Notes under the pieces: model-generated | Seen by the model: the letters and a program-made list of their open reading frames with translations, nothing else | Told to the model about the DNA's origin: nothing | Database searches by the model: none | Position numbers and translations under genes: made by a program | Assembly: GCA_965230895.1 (NCBI GenBank) | Contig: OZ246394.1 | Coordinates: 313,316 to 377,315 of the forward strand | Direction: 5' to 3' | Origin: an uncultured Gammaproteobacteria bacterium | GTDB lineage: Bacteria; Patescibacteriota; Microgenomatia; Levybacterales; UBA12049 | DNA length: 64,000 nucleotides | Part shown: one piece after another, positions 39,721-50,334 of the stretch | How the letters are laid out: the number at the start of each line of letters is the position of its first letter | Numbering within the stretch: the first letter of the stretch is position 1

Positions 39721-40311
39721 ATGGGATTTGATATATTTATCGCACTCTTTTATCTTTTGATATGGGTTAGTACTATTGCAGTTCTTCGGTTAAAGAAAAA
39801 GAAAAGCTTTGTTTATTTATTTTTCTTCACAGTATTTTCTATCTACCTTTTTAAAGTTTTAGATTACACACTTTTTCAATTCCAGTCGCTCCTTCTACTC
39901 AAATATTTTATGCCACATCTGATCTTGAATGGACAGACTGCTGGTGAAGCAGTCAATCTTATCCCACTTATCGCACTGAGTACTGAGGATCTAAAAACAT
40001 CATTTCTCAATGTCCTCCTCTTTGTTCCTTTTGGCTTTGGTCTCCCGTTCATTACGAATTACTTTATAAAAAAGATAGTAATTATGGGTGCACTTTTTAG
40101 TATCTTAATTGAATTGCTGCAGTTCTTGACCGGATATATAGCAAAAATTACTTTCCGAATTGCAGATATCAACGATATTCTTTTCAATACAATGGGAGTT
40201 GTAATCGGTTATATTTTATTTGTTGGATTCGTGCGTCTTTGTCGATATAGTGCTCATAAGTCAACAAACCCAATTGTACGCTCTATTATTGATCGGCCGC
40301 AGGTAAAATAA
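39721..40311 (+). CDS. VanZ family membrane protein
   Basis: NLIP, NVLLFVPFG, IELLQ, DINDILFNT.G. Confidence 0.9.
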   Translation: MGFDIFIALFYLLIWVSTIAVLRLKKKKSFVYLFFFTVFSIYLFKVLDYTLFQFQSLLLLKYFMPHLILNGQTAGEAVNLIPLIALSTEDLKTSFLNVLLFVPFGFGLPFITNYFIKKIVIMGALFSILIELLQFLTGYIAKITFRIADINDILFNTMGVVIGYILFVGFVRLCRYSAHKSTNPIVRSIIDRPQVK

Positions 40312-40408
40312 GTTGCTTTTGCTAGCACTTGGATTTATAGGAGTTTTAAAGTTGCGTAATGAATACTTAAAATATTTTTCCGTGATATAATTTTCTTTTT
40401 GCGAAATT

Positions 40409-42364
40409 ATGGAACATGGTATTCTCAATCAAGTATTCTACACAGCTATCTTTCTTCTAACCACGTCACTCTTATATATGCTATCTTCGAAGATATCGTT
40501 ACCATATACTGTGGCACTGTTAATTACCGGATTTTTAGGACAATTAGCAATACACTTCTTCAATTTAAATGTTCATTTAAGTTTATCTCCTGATTTGACC
40601 TATTACATTTTGTTGCCAGTTTTACTTTTCGAAGCAGCAATGCATATTAATATTCACCAGTTCAAACGACAATTCAAGACGATTACCTTTTTGGCGACTT
40701 TTGGATTAATGGTTTCAATATTTGTTGTCGCTGTTTGTTTGGCTTTATTCCTCAAGTTACCTTTTGAAATTGCTTTATTGTTTGGTGCGATCATTTCAGC
40801 GACAGATCCAATTGCAGTTTTAGCCCTGTTTAAAACATTGGGAGCACCAAAGCGATTATCGCTGGTTGCTGATGGTGAAAGTATGTTTAATGATGCAACT
40901 GCAGTTATCGCTTTTCGTTTGATAAGTACATTTGTTATCGCGCAACAAGCATTCCAAACCCAAACCGTCCTCCAAAGTGTAGGTAATTTCTTCTATGTCT
41001 TTTTCGGCAGCATTGCACTCGGAACTTTCCTCGGATACCTAGCATCAGTTCTTGTTAAAAGAATTCGTACTGATCAGATCCTTAATGCGACAATTCTTAC
41101 TTCTCTTGCTCTTGGATCATTTGTTCTGGCAGAACATACGTTTCATGTTTCAGGGGTTATGACTACCGTTATGGCTGGTGTTATCTTTGGTAATCTAGCA
41201 CGTGGCCGAATGAAGCAAGTCGTTATTAAATTTGTCGAAGAGTACTTTGCGTATTTAGGTTTCCTTGCACTCTCACTCGTATTTTTCTTTGCATCATTTA
41301 ATCTTGATGTAAATCTTTTTACGAGTTCACTGCCTACATTGGCAATTGTTATTGTAACAGTGCTTTTAGCAAGGGCAGTTTCAGTCTATCTTACAGTATT
41401 CCTGAGTAATGTTTTACCAGGGTTTAAGAATGAACCAAATATCCCAATGAGTTGGCAACATATTCTTAATTGGGGTGGTTTACGAGGCGTTATACCATTG
41501 GTTCTTGTGTATTCTTTGCCCGATTCATTTGAATATAAACAGTTAATGCTTCAATTCACATTTGCAGCTTTATTATTTACGTTATTTGTTAACGGCTTGA
41601 CGATTAAATGGCTTCTTGTGAAATTGAAATTGCATGTTCCAAGAAATGAAGAGAAGATTATCCAAGATGAATTAAGCTTGTTTAGATTGGAATCATTACG
41701 AAAGAAACTTCAATCAATTCCTACTCGTGAATTTGATCAAAAAATCATAAAAGAAATGGATAATGAATTGGTTGCAAAAGCAGAAAAGTATAAAAGCAAT
41801 ATTTTGATGCTTGCTGATAGCAAAACGTTTCTTCAAAGTCTAAAAATCGAAGCTTTAGAATTAGAAAGAATGAAATTGCGTTCTCTTTATGAGCAAAGAA
41901 GATTCTCTGAGCAAGTGCTTTATGAGTATGAATCAGAACTCGATCTACAACTTGATGCGTTAGAGCATCCAAATATTTACCAAACACAGGGAATAAATCG
42001 TAAAGGTGAGGTTTATTCAAAGAAAGCCTTTAGAAAAAAACTGATTCAATTTAGAAGGTTTATAGCCCAGTATGCTTTTATAAGCAAATTACTTCATATA
42101 ACAGAAAAAGACCTTATAACAGAACGTTATACTTTAATCAGAGCTCGATTGCTTACCTCATACGAAGTTTTAGATTTCTTGGATCGTCTTGAAAAACAAT
42201 TTCCTAAAACTGAACATATTATATCCGCTATAGCCGAAGTGCGAGTAATACATCAAAAATATATTGAAAATAATAAAATTGGTATTGCTGAAATTACAGA
42301 AGAATATCCAGAGTACGTAAAGGAATATCAGAAAAAGATTATCTCAAGAATTATCGAAATGTAA
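40409..42364 (+). CDS. Na+/H+ antiporter, CPA1 (NhaP-type)
   Basis: LPVLLFEA, ISATDPIAV, GESMFND, GGLRG; long cytoplasmic tail. Confidence 0.93.
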   Translation: MEHGILNQVFYTAIFLLTTSLLYMLSSKISLPYTVALLITGFLGQLAIHFFNLNVHLSLSPDLTYYILLPVLLFEAAMHINIHQFKRQFKTITFLATFGLMVSIFVVAVCLALFLKLPFEIALLFGAIISATDPIAVLALFKTLGAPKRLSLVADGESMFNDATAVIAFRLISTFVIAQQAFQTQTVLQSVGNFFYVFFGSIALGTFLGYLASVLVKRIRTDQILNATILTSLALGSFVLAEHTFHVSGVMTTVMAGVIFGNLARGRMKQVVIKFVEEYFAYLGFLALSLVFFFASFNLDVNLFTSSLPTLAIVIVTVLLARAVSVYLTVFLSNVLPGFKNEPNIPMSWQHILNWGGLRGVIPLVLVYSLPDSFEYKQLMLQFTFAALLFTLFVNGLTIKWLLVKLKLHVPRNEEKIIQDELSLFRLESLRKKLQSIPTREFDQKIIKEMDNELVAKAEKYKSNILMLADSKTFLQSLKIEALELERMKLRSLYEQRRFSEQVLYEYESELDLQLDALEHPNIYQTQGINRKGEVYSKKAFRKKLIQFRRFIAQYAFISKLLHITEKDLITERYTLIRARLLTSYEVLDFLDRLEKQFPKTEHIISAIAEVRVIHQKYIENNKIGIAEITEEYPEYVKEYQKKIISRIIEM

Positions 42365-42403
42365 GATCGACTTTAGCTAACTCTTTAAACCCCTCTTCAA
42401 TTG

Positions 42404-42474
42404 CTACCGAGCCTGGATTCGAACCAGAATAAACAGCTCCAAAGGCTGTTGTCCTACCGTTAGACGACTCGGTA
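42404..42474 (-). tRNA. tRNA-Gln (anticodon TTG), CCA not encoded
   Basis: TACCGAG acceptor stem, GTC/GAC D-arm, ACAGC-CTTTGGA-GCTGT anticodon arm, GGTTCGAATCC T-arm. Confidence 0.95.
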
Positions 42475-42634
42475 ATGTGTCTCATTTCTGCGACAAAAAT
42501 CATTTTACTAAAAATCCCCTAGAAAAGCCAGAAATTGAAATTATGGAAAAAACTAAATTATAATACTATAGGTTGACAAATATTTATGTTTATGATATAT
42601 TAATGGTTAATATAGGATTTAATCCTAAAATAAT

Positions 42635-42862
42635 ATGGAACGAAATTATACATATAGACCAGCGGCGGAAGCCCCACGTACTGAGCGTAACGGGGTTATT
42701 AAGACTACTTATAACCTTTTTAAGCAATATCAAAGATACAGAGACGAAAAGTTCTTGAGCAGACTCGATCATAAAGCTGAAATACGGACACGCGAAAGAG
42801 CAAAGTCAATAGCAGCATGGGAAGATCCAAATTATGTTTGCCCTGGAGATCAAGAAATTTAA
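42635..42862 (+). CDS. Hypothetical protein, 75 aa
   Basis: ORF preceded by TTGACA-N17-TATATT (42573-42601); no recognisable domain. Confidence 0.5.
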   Translation: MERNYTYRPAAEAPRTERNGVIKTTYNLFKQYQRYRDEKFLSRLDHKAEIRTRERAKSIAAWEDPNYVCPGDQEI

Positions 42863-42930
42863 TTCTCCCTCGAAATAACTTCTAGACGACAATTCTTCTT
42901 TTTTGTATACTGGGATAGTACGCTCTCGTC

Positions 42931-45474
42931 ATGAAATCTGTCCTAAAATTCCAGTCTATTCTTTTTCTTCTTACTCTTTTCCTTTTTACACCTTCTCTGG
43001 CGCAGGCTGCAGATCCAGAGCTTGTTGGTGGAAGTTCTGTAACAGGTACTAATGGTGTCGCCACCCCAATAACGGACTTGCAAGTTTCTGGTACTGGTAA
43101 TCCTACAGTTCCAGTCAAACTTCGCGTAACAAGTGGTACATTATCAATGAGCACGACGACAGGGCTTACATTTACAGGAGGTTCATCCGGTTCAACACTC
43201 CAATTCAGTGGTACCAAAGATAATGTGAACGCAGCTCTTGCCACGCTCACATATACCCGTTCTGGAACTGGGTCAGATACTTTAGAAGCGTCTTTAGTAA
43301 ATGCCGGAGAAGTATTCTTCGCTGACAATGGACATTTATATGAGTATGTTTCCTACACAGCGAGCTGGGTAAATGCGAATACCAATGCCCAAACAAGAAC
43401 AAAATATGGAGCGACAGGATACCTCACTACAATTACTTCGCAAGCAGAAAATGATTTCGTCGCAGCCCGTCTTCTCAACGCAGGATGGATGGGAGCGAGT
43501 GATTCCGTATCTGAAGGAGATTGGAAATGGGTCACCGGACCTGAAAATGGGACGTCATTCTGGTCTGGATTATCAGGTGGATCTACTGTGTCTGGAAGAT
43601 ATGCCAATTGGGGCACTGGAGAACCAAATAACGCAGGCGATGAAGATTGTGCACAGTTCTTAACTGGTGGTACGGGCAAATGGAATGATTTGCCATGCAG
43701 TACTACCACCCTTCCGGGGTATGTCGTGGAATATGGTAGTAGTACTCCACTTGATGTGTCTTCAAAAAATGTTTCAATAACCACTGTGGCTGCTCCGACC
43801 GCAAATAGTTTCTCTCCAACGGACAACGCGACCGCTGTCACGCTCAATGCAAACCTCGTCATAACCTTTAGTGCAACCATCTCAAAAAATACCGGAAATA
43901 TTCTTATAAAAAAGTCTTCAGATAATTCTACAGTTGAGACAATCGATGTATCGAGTGGCCAAGTAACTGGTGGAGGTACTGCTACAATTACGATTAATCC
44001 AAATATGACATTTGATGAAAATACTGGATATTATGTAAATATTCCCAATACTGCATTTCGGGACGGATCAAGCAATGCCTATGCGGGTATATCCAACAGT
44101 ACCTCATGGAACTTTACCACCGGAGATTTTTCAAACCCTACATTAAGTAATATCACTGCTTCATCCATTGGAAATACCAGTGCAACAATTTCTTGGACAA
44201 CAAATGAAAATGCTTCGACTCGAGTAAGTTATGGTTTGACGACGTCGTATGGGACAAATACATCTGAAACAGATACTTCACCACGTGTAACTTCTCATAC
44301 GGTAAATCTTACCGGACTCGTGGCTTGTACAACATACCACTATATTGTCAGATCGGTTGATGGATCAACAAATACTGCCACTTCATCTGATAACACATTC
44401 ACAACGACTGGTTGCCAATCCAATACAACTCCTTTAGAAACAACTTCAAATACTGTCCCTACAGCAACAGGTGGAACGACAACTCTTGCTGAAAATAATT
44501 CACAAATAAGTGTGGTTGCTCCAACTAATTTTACCAATTCAGCATCAACTGTCGTGATTCAAGTGAAAGCGTTGGAAGATACACCTATTTTAGAAGCCCT
44601 TGGAAGACCGGCAAATGTACCAAATGAAGTTGGCAATGTTGTCTTTGATGTCAAAGCAATAATAAATTCGACAACCATCCTTGATAACTTTGATGCTCCT
44701 GTAACGATCACCTACCAATACTCTGATGCCGATGTCATCGGACTGGATGAGTCAACATTCTGGTTGTACCATTATCATAATGGGTCATGGACTCCACTTG
44801 ATTCATGTAATATAGATACAGCAACAAATACAATTTCCTGTACTACGCAAAGTTTTTCAATATTTGGACTCTTCGGCAAGCAAAAAGTATACGCTTCAGA
44901 AGTAAAAACTCCATCATGTAGTGCTACAAAACCTGCTCAATCACCTGACCTGTTCCAAATTGATATAACAAATAATAAAGCTACTTTGCACTTTACTCCA
45001 CTTATGAGTAATGTTACGAATTATTTTGTTGCTTATGGTTATAAAGATGGTGATGAACGATTTGGTGTGCTTACTCAGCAAGGTCCTTCAACAGGTGTCC
45101 TGTCCTATACGATCAATGATCTATCCCCTAATATGAATTATTACTTTAAAGTTCGTCCGCAAAACGATTGTATGCCAGGAGATTGGGGTAATACCATGTC
45201 AGTCAAAACAACAAACGGAGCTATGGTAAAGAATTACAAAAACTTTGTTTCCCGAGTAATGAGTGTTATGCCACGGCAGACAACGACAATTAGCAGTACA
45301 AAAAACACTTCATCAGGAAAGACTTGTGAGTATGTGGTTCAAAAGGATGACTCTCTGTGGTCAATATCCGCTGAAAAATTGGGTTCTGGGACAAAATATA
45401 CTGAGGTAATGAAAGAAAATAATCTCCCATCAACTTCCTTAAACGTAGGGCAAACGTTAAAAGTTGGATGTTGA
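42931..45474 (+). CDS. Secreted surface protein: C-type lectin, Ig-like (Big_5), Fn3 domains, C-terminal LysM
   Basis: Signal peptide (AQA); WMG, EPN, EDC, WND lectin motifs; PTDNAT.V; Fn3; YVVQKDDSLWSIS..L.VGQTL. Confidence 0.85.
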   Translation: MKSVLKFQSILFLLTLFLFTPSLAQAADPELVGGSSVTGTNGVATPITDLQVSGTGNPTVPVKLRVTSGTLSMSTTTGLTFTGGSSGSTLQFSGTKDNVNAALATLTYTRSGTGSDTLEASLVNAGEVFFADNGHLYEYVSYTASWVNANTNAQTRTKYGATGYLTTITSQAENDFVAARLLNAGWMGASDSVSEGDWKWVTGPENGTSFWSGLSGGSTVSGRYANWGTGEPNNAGDEDCAQFLTGGTGKWNDLPCSTTTLPGYVVEYGSSTPLDVSSKNVSITTVAAPTANSFSPTDNATAVTLNANLVITFSATISKNTGNILIKKSSDNSTVETIDVSSGQVTGGGTATITINPNMTFDENTGYYVNIPNTAFRDGSSNAYAGISNSTSWNFTTGDFSNPTLSNITASSIGNTSATISWTTNENASTRVSYGLTTSYGTNTSETDTSPRVTSHTVNLTGLVACTTYHYIVRSVDGSTNTATSSDNTFTTTGCQSNTTPLETTSNTVPTATGGTTTLAENNSQISVVAPTNFTNSASTVVIQVKALEDTPILEALGRPANVPNEVGNVVFDVKAIINSTTILDNFDAPVTITYQYSDADVIGLDESTFWLYHYHNGSWTPLDSCNIDTATNTISCTTQSFSIFGLFGKQKVYASEVKTPSCSATKPAQSPDLFQIDITNNKATLHFTPLMSNVTNYFVAYGYKDGDERFGVLTQQGPSTGVLSYTINDLSPNMNYYFKVRPQNDCMPGDWGNTMSVKTTNGAMVKNYKNFVSRVMSVMPRQTTTISSTKNTSSGKTCEYVVQKDDSLWSISAEKLGSGTKYTEVMKENNLPSTSLNVGQTLKVGC

Positions 45475-45493
45475 ACCAGTGATATAATGGAGT

Positions 45494-45904
45494 ATGACCT
45501 ATCCCAATAAAATTGCGCTAGTCATTCTCGAAGACTTGCCAATGTGGCAAAAACTTAACATCGCTTCTTTCCTCTCTAGTTCTATTGCAACTGCCTTTCC
45601 TGAAACTCATGGGAAACCTCTTAGAAATAAATCCGATCAATACCTCCCTTTCATTAAGCATCCAATCCTTATCTATAAAGCTGATAATCAAGAACAGATC
45701 AAACGCGCTTTCAATCGTGCCAAAGAACGAGGATTGCACATTGGGATTTATACCAAACCACTTTTCTCCACGAAGGATGAAGAAGGCAATCATATTGAAA
45801 TTGGAAAATATACTGATGAAGAACAGGAGTTAGTAGGAATTGTTTTATATGGAGAGAACAAACAGGTTGATAAAGCATTAAATGGCCTTAAATTTCACGC
45901 TTAG
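45494..45904 (+). CDS. DUF2000 family protein
   Basis: DL..WQKLN.ASFL, G..LYG..K.VDK. Confidence 0.82.
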   Translation: MTYPNKIALVILEDLPMWQKLNIASFLSSSIATAFPETHGKPLRNKSDQYLPFIKHPILIYKADNQEQIKRAFNRAKERGLHIGIYTKPLFSTKDEEGNHIEIGKYTDEEQELVGIVLYGENKQVDKALNGLKFHA

Positions 45905-46747
45905 TTACTGGAATGTATTACACGCCTCTATTGTTCCTTGATCATATCCAGTAGTAAACCATTTGACCCGTTCCGCAGAACTCCCGTGAGTAAATGATTC
46001 AGGATTGATATATCCTTGAGCTTTTTCCTGAATTCGGTCGTCTCCGATAGACGATGCTGCGTCCATTGCTTCCTCAATCTCATTTGGTTCAAGGATTCCT
46101 TTATCTTTAATAGTACTAGCCCAAATTCCTGCGTAGCAATCTGCTTGTAATTCTATCTTTACCGATGTTTCATTATCTTGCGAAGCTTGATCAAGTGTAC
46201 CGAGACTATTTTGAATATGATGGCCGACTTCATGAGAAATGACATATGCTTGCGCGACATCTCCGCCTTTGGCACCAAACTCGCGAGTCATCTCATCAAA
46301 GAATGTCTCATCCAGGTAAATTGTCTGATCTGTCGGACAATAATGTGGACCAACTGCAGATGTTGCTCCACCGCATGCTGATTCCGTTGCTTGGCGGAAA
46401 AGGACAAGCTTTGGTTCTTCATATCCCCTTGCCTGTTGCGCAAAAATTGTTCTCCAGGCATCATTGTTTGAACCAAGGATTGTTGAGGCAAATACTTCAT
46501 AATCATCTTGTCCAGCGAATTGTTGGGTGTTGGTATTTGGTTGCGGGTTTTGTTGTTGCTCTAACTGTTGTTGGAGTACTTGCCCACCCGTTTGTTTTAG
46601 TGCGTCTTCAATAGAACCAGTATTGAGAAAATTAACTGCGAGAAGTAACACAATTCCGGTTACGCTTATACCACCGATTGCAGCAGGACTTAAAGATCTG
46701 CGATCTTCTACATTTCCACGACTTCCAATTTTTTTCCAGTCTGCCAT
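45905..46747 (-). CDS. Neutral zinc metallopeptidase (YpfJ-like)
   Basis: NVEDRR, GPHYCP.D, HEVGHH.Q, ELQADC.AG, SFTHGSS..R. Confidence 0.92.
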   Translation of the reverse strand: MADWKKIGSRGNVEDRRSLSPAAIGGISVTGIVLLLAVNFLNTGSIEDALKQTGGQVLQQQLEQQQNPQPNTNTQQFAGQDDYEVFASTILGSNNDAWRTIFAQQARGYEEPKLVLFRQATESACGGATSAVGPHYCPTDQTIYLDETFFDEMTREFGAKGGDVAQAYVISHEVGHHIQNSLGTLDQASQDNETSVKIELQADCYAGIWASTIKDKGILEPNEIEEAMDAASSIGDDRIQEKAQGYINPESFTHGSSAERVKWFTTGYDQGTIEACNTFQ

Positions 46748-46752
46748 ATGAA

Positions 46753-47154
46753 TTATTGGTTATCAACGTTTTGTGAAACCTCTACTCTATCAGTTGGTTT
46801 TCCAATAAGTAATAACTTCACAATACCATAAGCAACAATCGCATATACAGCCATTGCTACAAATGTTGACCATTCAATAACACTTCCCTGCGCTGCTGTG
46901 ATTCCAAATATACCTGCAAAGGGTTGCGCAAAAGGTTCACTGAAATTATAAATCATATTCACAAAAGGACTTGCAGGGTTTGCTGCAAGCAACTTGAAAA
47001 GTATTCTAAAAGCGAGCAAAACTTCAATAACTCCCAAAATATACCAGATTATCTGATGAAAACGAAAAATTGCTTTTTTCTTTTGATATGCTTTTTGGGA
47101 TGGATCTACGGCTGTTGATTGAACAGTTCTTTCTCGAACTTCAACTTGTTCCAT
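46753..47154 (-). CDS. YggT-like membrane protein
   Basis: FRILFKLLAANP..PF, PFAGIF; SD GGGAGGTGA. Confidence 0.75.
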   Translation of the reverse strand: MEQVEVRERTVQSTAVDPSQKAYQKKKAIFRFHQIIWYILGVIEVLLAFRILFKLLAANPASPFVNMIYNFSEPFAQPFAGIFGITAAQGSVIEWSTFVAMAVYAIVAYGIVKLLLIGKPTDRVEVSQNVDNQ

Positions 47155-47253
47155 GGACACTCACCTCCCTTCTATTGTTGAGTATACTTACAATAAATAA
47201 TAAATAAGTAATAAAAACCCAATAAATACATCAGTACTTGATATAATACAAAC

Positions 47254-47982
47254 ATGGAAGAGCATACAATTCGTCTTAATAAATATCTGGCAAATCTTGG
47301 CATCTGTGCACGACGTGATGTCAAACAACTGCTCAAAGATAAAACGGTTACTGTAAATGGAGAACGAGCAAAAGAACAGGGTATTCGAATCGATCCAGAA
47401 AAAGATGATATCAGAATCGATGGGAAAAAACTTGAAGCTCCAAAATTGGTGTACTATTTAGTAAATAAACCAAAAGGAATTGTCTCAACAACTTCCGATG
47501 AATTCGGTCGAGCGAATGTCACATCTCTTGTCCCATCAGGTCAAAGAGTTTATCCAGTTGGGCGTTTGGATAAAGATACCACCGGATTAATTATCCTCAC
47601 CAATGATGGTGAGTTGACAAACCTCCTCACGCATCCAAGATATCATGTCGACAAAGTGTACAAATTAACAATTGCTGGGTCCTTGGATCGATACCAATTG
47701 CGTGCTTTACGAAGAGGGGTTTTACTTGATGATGGTATCACCTATCCTGCAGAAGTAACTGTGGTGAGCGAATCCGGTGGACGATCTATTGTTGAGATGA
47801 AAATCCATGAGGGTCGCAACCGCCAAATCAGGAGAATGTGTGAAACTGTTGGAGCGAATCTTCTTGAGTTGCAACGAATTACATTTGGTCCGATTCCTTT
47901 GAGCAATTTGAAAGAAGGAAAATACCGAGATATAACTCCAAAAGAAATTGATATGCTCAGACAATCTGCAAAAGGCGTATAA
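47254..47982 (+). CDS. rRNA pseudouridine synthase, RsuA/RluB family with S4 domain
   Basis: RLNKYLA, NKPKG, GRLDKDTTGL.ILTNDG, EGRNRQIRRM. Confidence 0.94.
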   Translation: MEEHTIRLNKYLANLGICARRDVKQLLKDKTVTVNGERAKEQGIRIDPEKDDIRIDGKKLEAPKLVYYLVNKPKGIVSTTSDEFGRANVTSLVPSGQRVYPVGRLDKDTTGLIILTNDGELTNLLTHPRYHVDKVYKLTIAGSLDRYQLRALRRGVLLDDGITYPAEVTVVSESGGRSIVEMKIHEGRNRQIRRMCETVGANLLELQRITFGPIPLSNLKEGKYRDITPKEIDMLRQSAKGV

Positions 47983-47995
47983 TAAGTATGTTCTT

Positions 47996-50314
47996 ATGAG
48001 CTTATTTAAAAAGTTATTCTTGCTTTTATCTTTTTCATTTTTATTGATTGCTCAGACTAACCAAGCGCAAGCACAAACTGCATCTGTACGTCTGGGTGGA
48101 ATGAATTTATATGGTTATTGCCAGAGCCTTAATCAAGGAGGATCAACATTAAATGGGAATACATGGCAATGTGAATCCGGACAGACAATTAATCTCGATG
48201 CAGCATGTCGATGGCAATACAATAATCCAACGTCTGTATCCAGACAGGAGGCTGCAAATAATCCATACACCTGGGCATGTTATACAGCTGGTTCAACTCC
48301 TACACCCACAATCTCTCCGACACAACCGCCACCTCCAACGCCAGTTGTTGCTACTCCAACCCGAGCAGTCACACCAACCCCGTCTGCTGGAACACTCGTT
48401 ATTTTTGATGATGCTTTAGCAACAGGATGGACGGATGCTTCGTATCGTGCAACAAATTCGATTGTCACAACGCAAGCTGGTGTCGGCACACGATCAATCT
48501 CTTCAACATTGCAAGCTGATGGAGGATTTAATGTACAATCTATAAGTGGTATACAAACAAATGCTAATACAGTTTTGCATTTCATGCTTCGTGCCTCTGT
48601 AGCAAATCAACGCTATGAAGTGTATGTCGATTCGCAATATGGCCAACCACTTCGTGAACCAGTTTCCTTGGCAAATTATGGAGGACAACCTACCACAACA
48701 GCATGGCGAACATATGACATCCCATTAAGTGATTTAGGTGGTGCAAATATTTCTTTGCGTGACATTGCGATCCATGATGCGTCTGGATCTAATCAACAAG
48801 CTGTTTTTATCGATCAAGTTGAACTCAGATCAATAACTGTTTCTACATCTCCAACTGTTGTTCCAACAGCCACTCCAGTTGTAAGTGTTACGCCAACACC
48901 TACAAGGACAGTCACACCGACACCGACGACTACACCCCAAGCTGGTGCAACAGTTACTGTGTTTGCGGATGCCTTAGCAAATGGTTGGACGGATGCGTCT
49001 TACTCAACCACAAATAATATCGTTACAAATCCTGTTGGCAGCGGCACAAATGCAATTGCCGCGACAATCAATCGAGATGGTGGTTTTGATTTACAATCAG
49101 TAAATGGCTTGTTGACATCAAATAATAGTATTCTTCATTTTATGCTCAGAGCATCTACTGCAAATCAACAATATGAAGTCTATGCAGATACTGTGTATGG
49201 ACAACCGTTAAGAGAACCAGTTTCGCTTGCAAATTATGGCGGCCAGCCAACAACGACTGCGTGGCGAACATATGATATTCCATTGAGTGATCTTGGCGCG
49301 ACAAATGTTTCTTTGCGTGACATAGTCCTTCATGATGCCGCTGGTGCAAACCAAGGAATTGTATATATCGATCAGATTGAACTGAGATCCGTTGCCTCTG
49401 CTGCAACACCAACTGTCGCACCAACGATTCGGGCCACTGCAACTCCTACACCGACGCCTACGGCTACTCCAAACACTGGTGTTCGACGAAGTATTTATTC
49501 ATTAACTCCTCAGGAAGTGACTCGATTAACAAACGCATTTAATACAATTCGTGCCAACGGTGTCTATCAGGATTTTATGAATCGTCATATGCAATCTATG
49601 ATGACGTTAACACAGCCAAATGATCCGACGACACTGCGAAATGTTGCTCATCGCGGGCCATCATTCTTACCATGGCATCGATCAATTACCCGTGAATTTG
49701 AATTAGCGCTACAATCAGCTGATCCAAGTGTAACGCTTCCGTATTGGCCATTTGAGCAAGAGACACCAGGACAATTGCCACGAGTTTTCTCTGCGGCATA
49801 TTTCGGTGGTGATGGAAATCCTGCATTTGGGAATAGGGTTATCGATGGTCCATTTGCATCATGGCAGATTACTCGTATGGTCGGTCGAGATCCAGAAGGA
49901 CAAGCTACTGCTCCAACACAAGCAAATGTAAATGCGCTGATGCAATATACAAACTATGACTCCGCACCATACAATGAAACTTCAAGTGGCTTTCGTAACG
50001 GTATCGAAGGCTGGATTGGGCCAAATGGTCAATGGAGTATGCACAATAGAATTCATGCATATGTTGGTGGAGATATGCTTCCTCGAGATGATATGAGTAC
50101 CAATGTTGTCAACGACCCTATCTTTTGGCTCGTGCATGCAAATATTGATCGCATCTGGTGGCAATGGCAACAAACTCGTGGAATTACCAATTACCAACCT
50201 GCAAGCGGTGGACCAACGGGGCACAACCTAAATGATCGAATGCAATTCCTTAATAGCAATACAACACCTGCAAGTAATTTAGATATTCGAACGATGGGAT
50301 ATTCGTATCAATAA
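47996..50314 (+). CDS. Secreted tyrosinase (type-3 copper) with a 4-Cys N-terminal domain and two CBM-like domains
   Basis: Signal peptide; CuA NRHM, AHRGPSFLPWHR; CuB MHNRIH, DPIFWLVHANID; PT-rich linkers. Confidence 0.9.
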   Translation: MSLFKKLFLLLSFSFLLIAQTNQAQAQTASVRLGGMNLYGYCQSLNQGGSTLNGNTWQCESGQTINLDAACRWQYNNPTSVSRQEAANNPYTWACYTAGSTPTPTISPTQPPPPTPVVATPTRAVTPTPSAGTLVIFDDALATGWTDASYRATNSIVTTQAGVGTRSISSTLQADGGFNVQSISGIQTNANTVLHFMLRASVANQRYEVYVDSQYGQPLREPVSLANYGGQPTTTAWRTYDIPLSDLGGANISLRDIAIHDASGSNQQAVFIDQVELRSITVSTSPTVVPTATPVVSVTPTPTRTVTPTPTTTPQAGATVTVFADALANGWTDASYSTTNNIVTNPVGSGTNAIAATINRDGGFDLQSVNGLLTSNNSILHFMLRASTANQQYEVYADTVYGQPLREPVSLANYGGQPTTTAWRTYDIPLSDLGATNVSLRDIVLHDAAGANQGIVYIDQIELRSVASAATPTVAPTIRATATPTPTPTATPNTGVRRSIYSLTPQEVTRLTNAFNTIRANGVYQDFMNRHMQSMMTLTQPNDPTTLRNVAHRGPSFLPWHRSITREFELALQSADPSVTLPYWPFEQETPGQLPRVFSAAYFGGDGNPAFGNRVIDGPFASWQITRMVGRDPEGQATAPTQANVNALMQYTNYDSAPYNETSSGFRNGIEGWIGPNGQWSMHNRIHAYVGGDMLPRDDMSTNVVNDPIFWLVHANIDRIWWQWQQTRGITNYQPASGGPTGHNLNDRMQFLNSNTTPASNLDIRTMGYSYQ
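48401..49390 (+). repeat. Intragenic duplication of a 144-aa CBM-like domain (48401-48832 and 48959-49390)
   Basis: F.DALA.GWTDASY...YGQPLREPVSLANYGGQPTTTAWRTYDIPLSDLG...IDQ.ELRS present twice; both copies 432 nt. Confidence 0.9.
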
Positions 50315-50334
50315 AAATGGTCTATACTAATGCT

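Noticed and set aside
42404-42474. tRNA-Gln as the integration site of a genomic island
   Set aside because: No integrase, and I found no duplicated tRNA 3' end in the window.
39650-42930. Replication origin suggested by the switch from mostly minus- to mostly plus-strand genes
   Set aside because: No dnaA/dnaN and no DnaA-box cluster seen; strand bias alone is insufficient.
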